From Eledone cirrhosa (lineage: Eukaryota), in assembly GCA_964016885.1 (NCBI GenBank), contig OZ024741.1, forward strand, positions 409,324,001 to 409,388,000: a stretch of 64,000 nucleotides of DNA. Direction: 5' to 3'. The position numbers were made by a program, and so were the translations under genes. Below the pieces are notes generated by a model. That model searched no databases. It was given only the letters and a program-made list of their open reading frames with translations, and had not been told where the DNA came from. Shown piece after piece: positions 62,955-64,000 of the stretch (positions are counted from its first letter, which is position 1; every line of letters begins with the position of its first letter).

Positions 62955-64000
62955 ACTGGCTGGAGAGCCAGAGATAGACCATGAACAAGAAGATTAGATA
63001 ACATCCATATGGTTGGTGAAGAGCCAGAGATAGACCATGAACGAGAAGATTAGATAACATCCATATGGTTGGTGGAGAGCCAGAGATAGACCATGAACAA
63101 GAAGGTTAGATAACATCCATATGGTTGGTGGAGAGCCAGAGATAGACCATGAACAAGAAGGTTAGATAACATCCATATGGTTGGTGGAGAGCCAGAGATA
63201 GACCATGAACAAGAAGGTTAGATAACATCCATATGACTGGTGGAGAGACAGAGATAGACCATGAACAAGAAGGTTAGATAACATACATATGGTTGGTGGA
63301 GAGCCAGAGATAGACCATGAAGAAGAAGGTTAGATAACATCCATATGGTTGGTGGAGAGACAGAGATAGACCATGAACAAGAAGGTTAGACAACATCCAT
63401 ATGGCTGGTAGTGAGACAGAGATAGACCATGAACAAGAAGGTTAGACAACATCCATATGGTTGGTGGAGAGACAGAGATAGACCATGAACAAGAAGGTTA
63501 GATAACATCCGTATGACTGGTGGAGAGACAGAGATAGACCATGAACAAGAAGGTTAGATAACATCCATATGGTTGGTGGAGAGACAGAGATAGACCATGA
63601 ACAAGAAGGTTAGATAACATCCATATGGTTGGTGGAGAGACAGAGATAGACCAGGAACAAGAAGGTTAGATAACATCCATATGACTGGTGGAGAGACACA
63701 GATAGACCATGAACAATAAGGTTAGATAACATCCATATGACTGGTGGAGAGACACAGATAGACCATGAACAAGAAGGTTAGATAACATCTATATGACTGG
63801 TGGAGAGACAGAGATAGACCATGAAAAAGAAGGTTAGATAACATCCATATGACTGGTGGAGAGACACAGATAGACCATGAACAAGAAGGTTAGATAACAT
63901 CCATATGGTTGGTGGAGAGACAGAGATAGACCATGAAGAAGAAGGTTAGATAACATCCATATGGTTGGTGGAGAGCCAGAGATAGACCATGAACAAGAAG
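62955..64000. repeat. 56-bp minisatellite (runs off the window)
   Basis: Unit ggagagacagagatagaccatgaacaagaaggttagataacatccatatggttggt. Confidence 0.97.

Overview
Eukaryotic, repeat-saturated animal DNA. A cephalopod/Octopus-like genome is inferred from the SINE, RTE and microsatellite landscape, not shown directly. The only host gene I can support is VPS51 (GARP/EARP complex subunit) on the minus strand: 8 GT-AG coding exons (1055 bp, phases all compatible) between 62819 and 29138. The 5' exons lie right of the window and the short last coding exon was not found. About two thirds of the window is tandem repeat: a ~25.4 kb 27-bp satellite with kb-scale higher-order duplications, an ~8.9 kb 60-bp array and several minisatellites. 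All giant ORFs in the track are artefacts of these arrays. Introns also hold a full-length but decayed L1/Tx1-type LINE, a young 5'-truncated RTE LINE with an open ORF and a PHD finger inside its RT, Helitron, CRE and CR1 remnants, and tRNA-derived SINEs. The most unusual feature is at 43638-44809: three fold-back elements sit in (TA)n, each built as inverted arm + sense arm + unpaired tail, and each arm carries a minimal type-I hammerhead ribozyme motif (six in ~1.1 kb, three per strand). Related copies occur at ~0.3, ~40.7 and ~61.7 kb. These are most likely Penelope-like (pLTR/retrozyme-type) relics.
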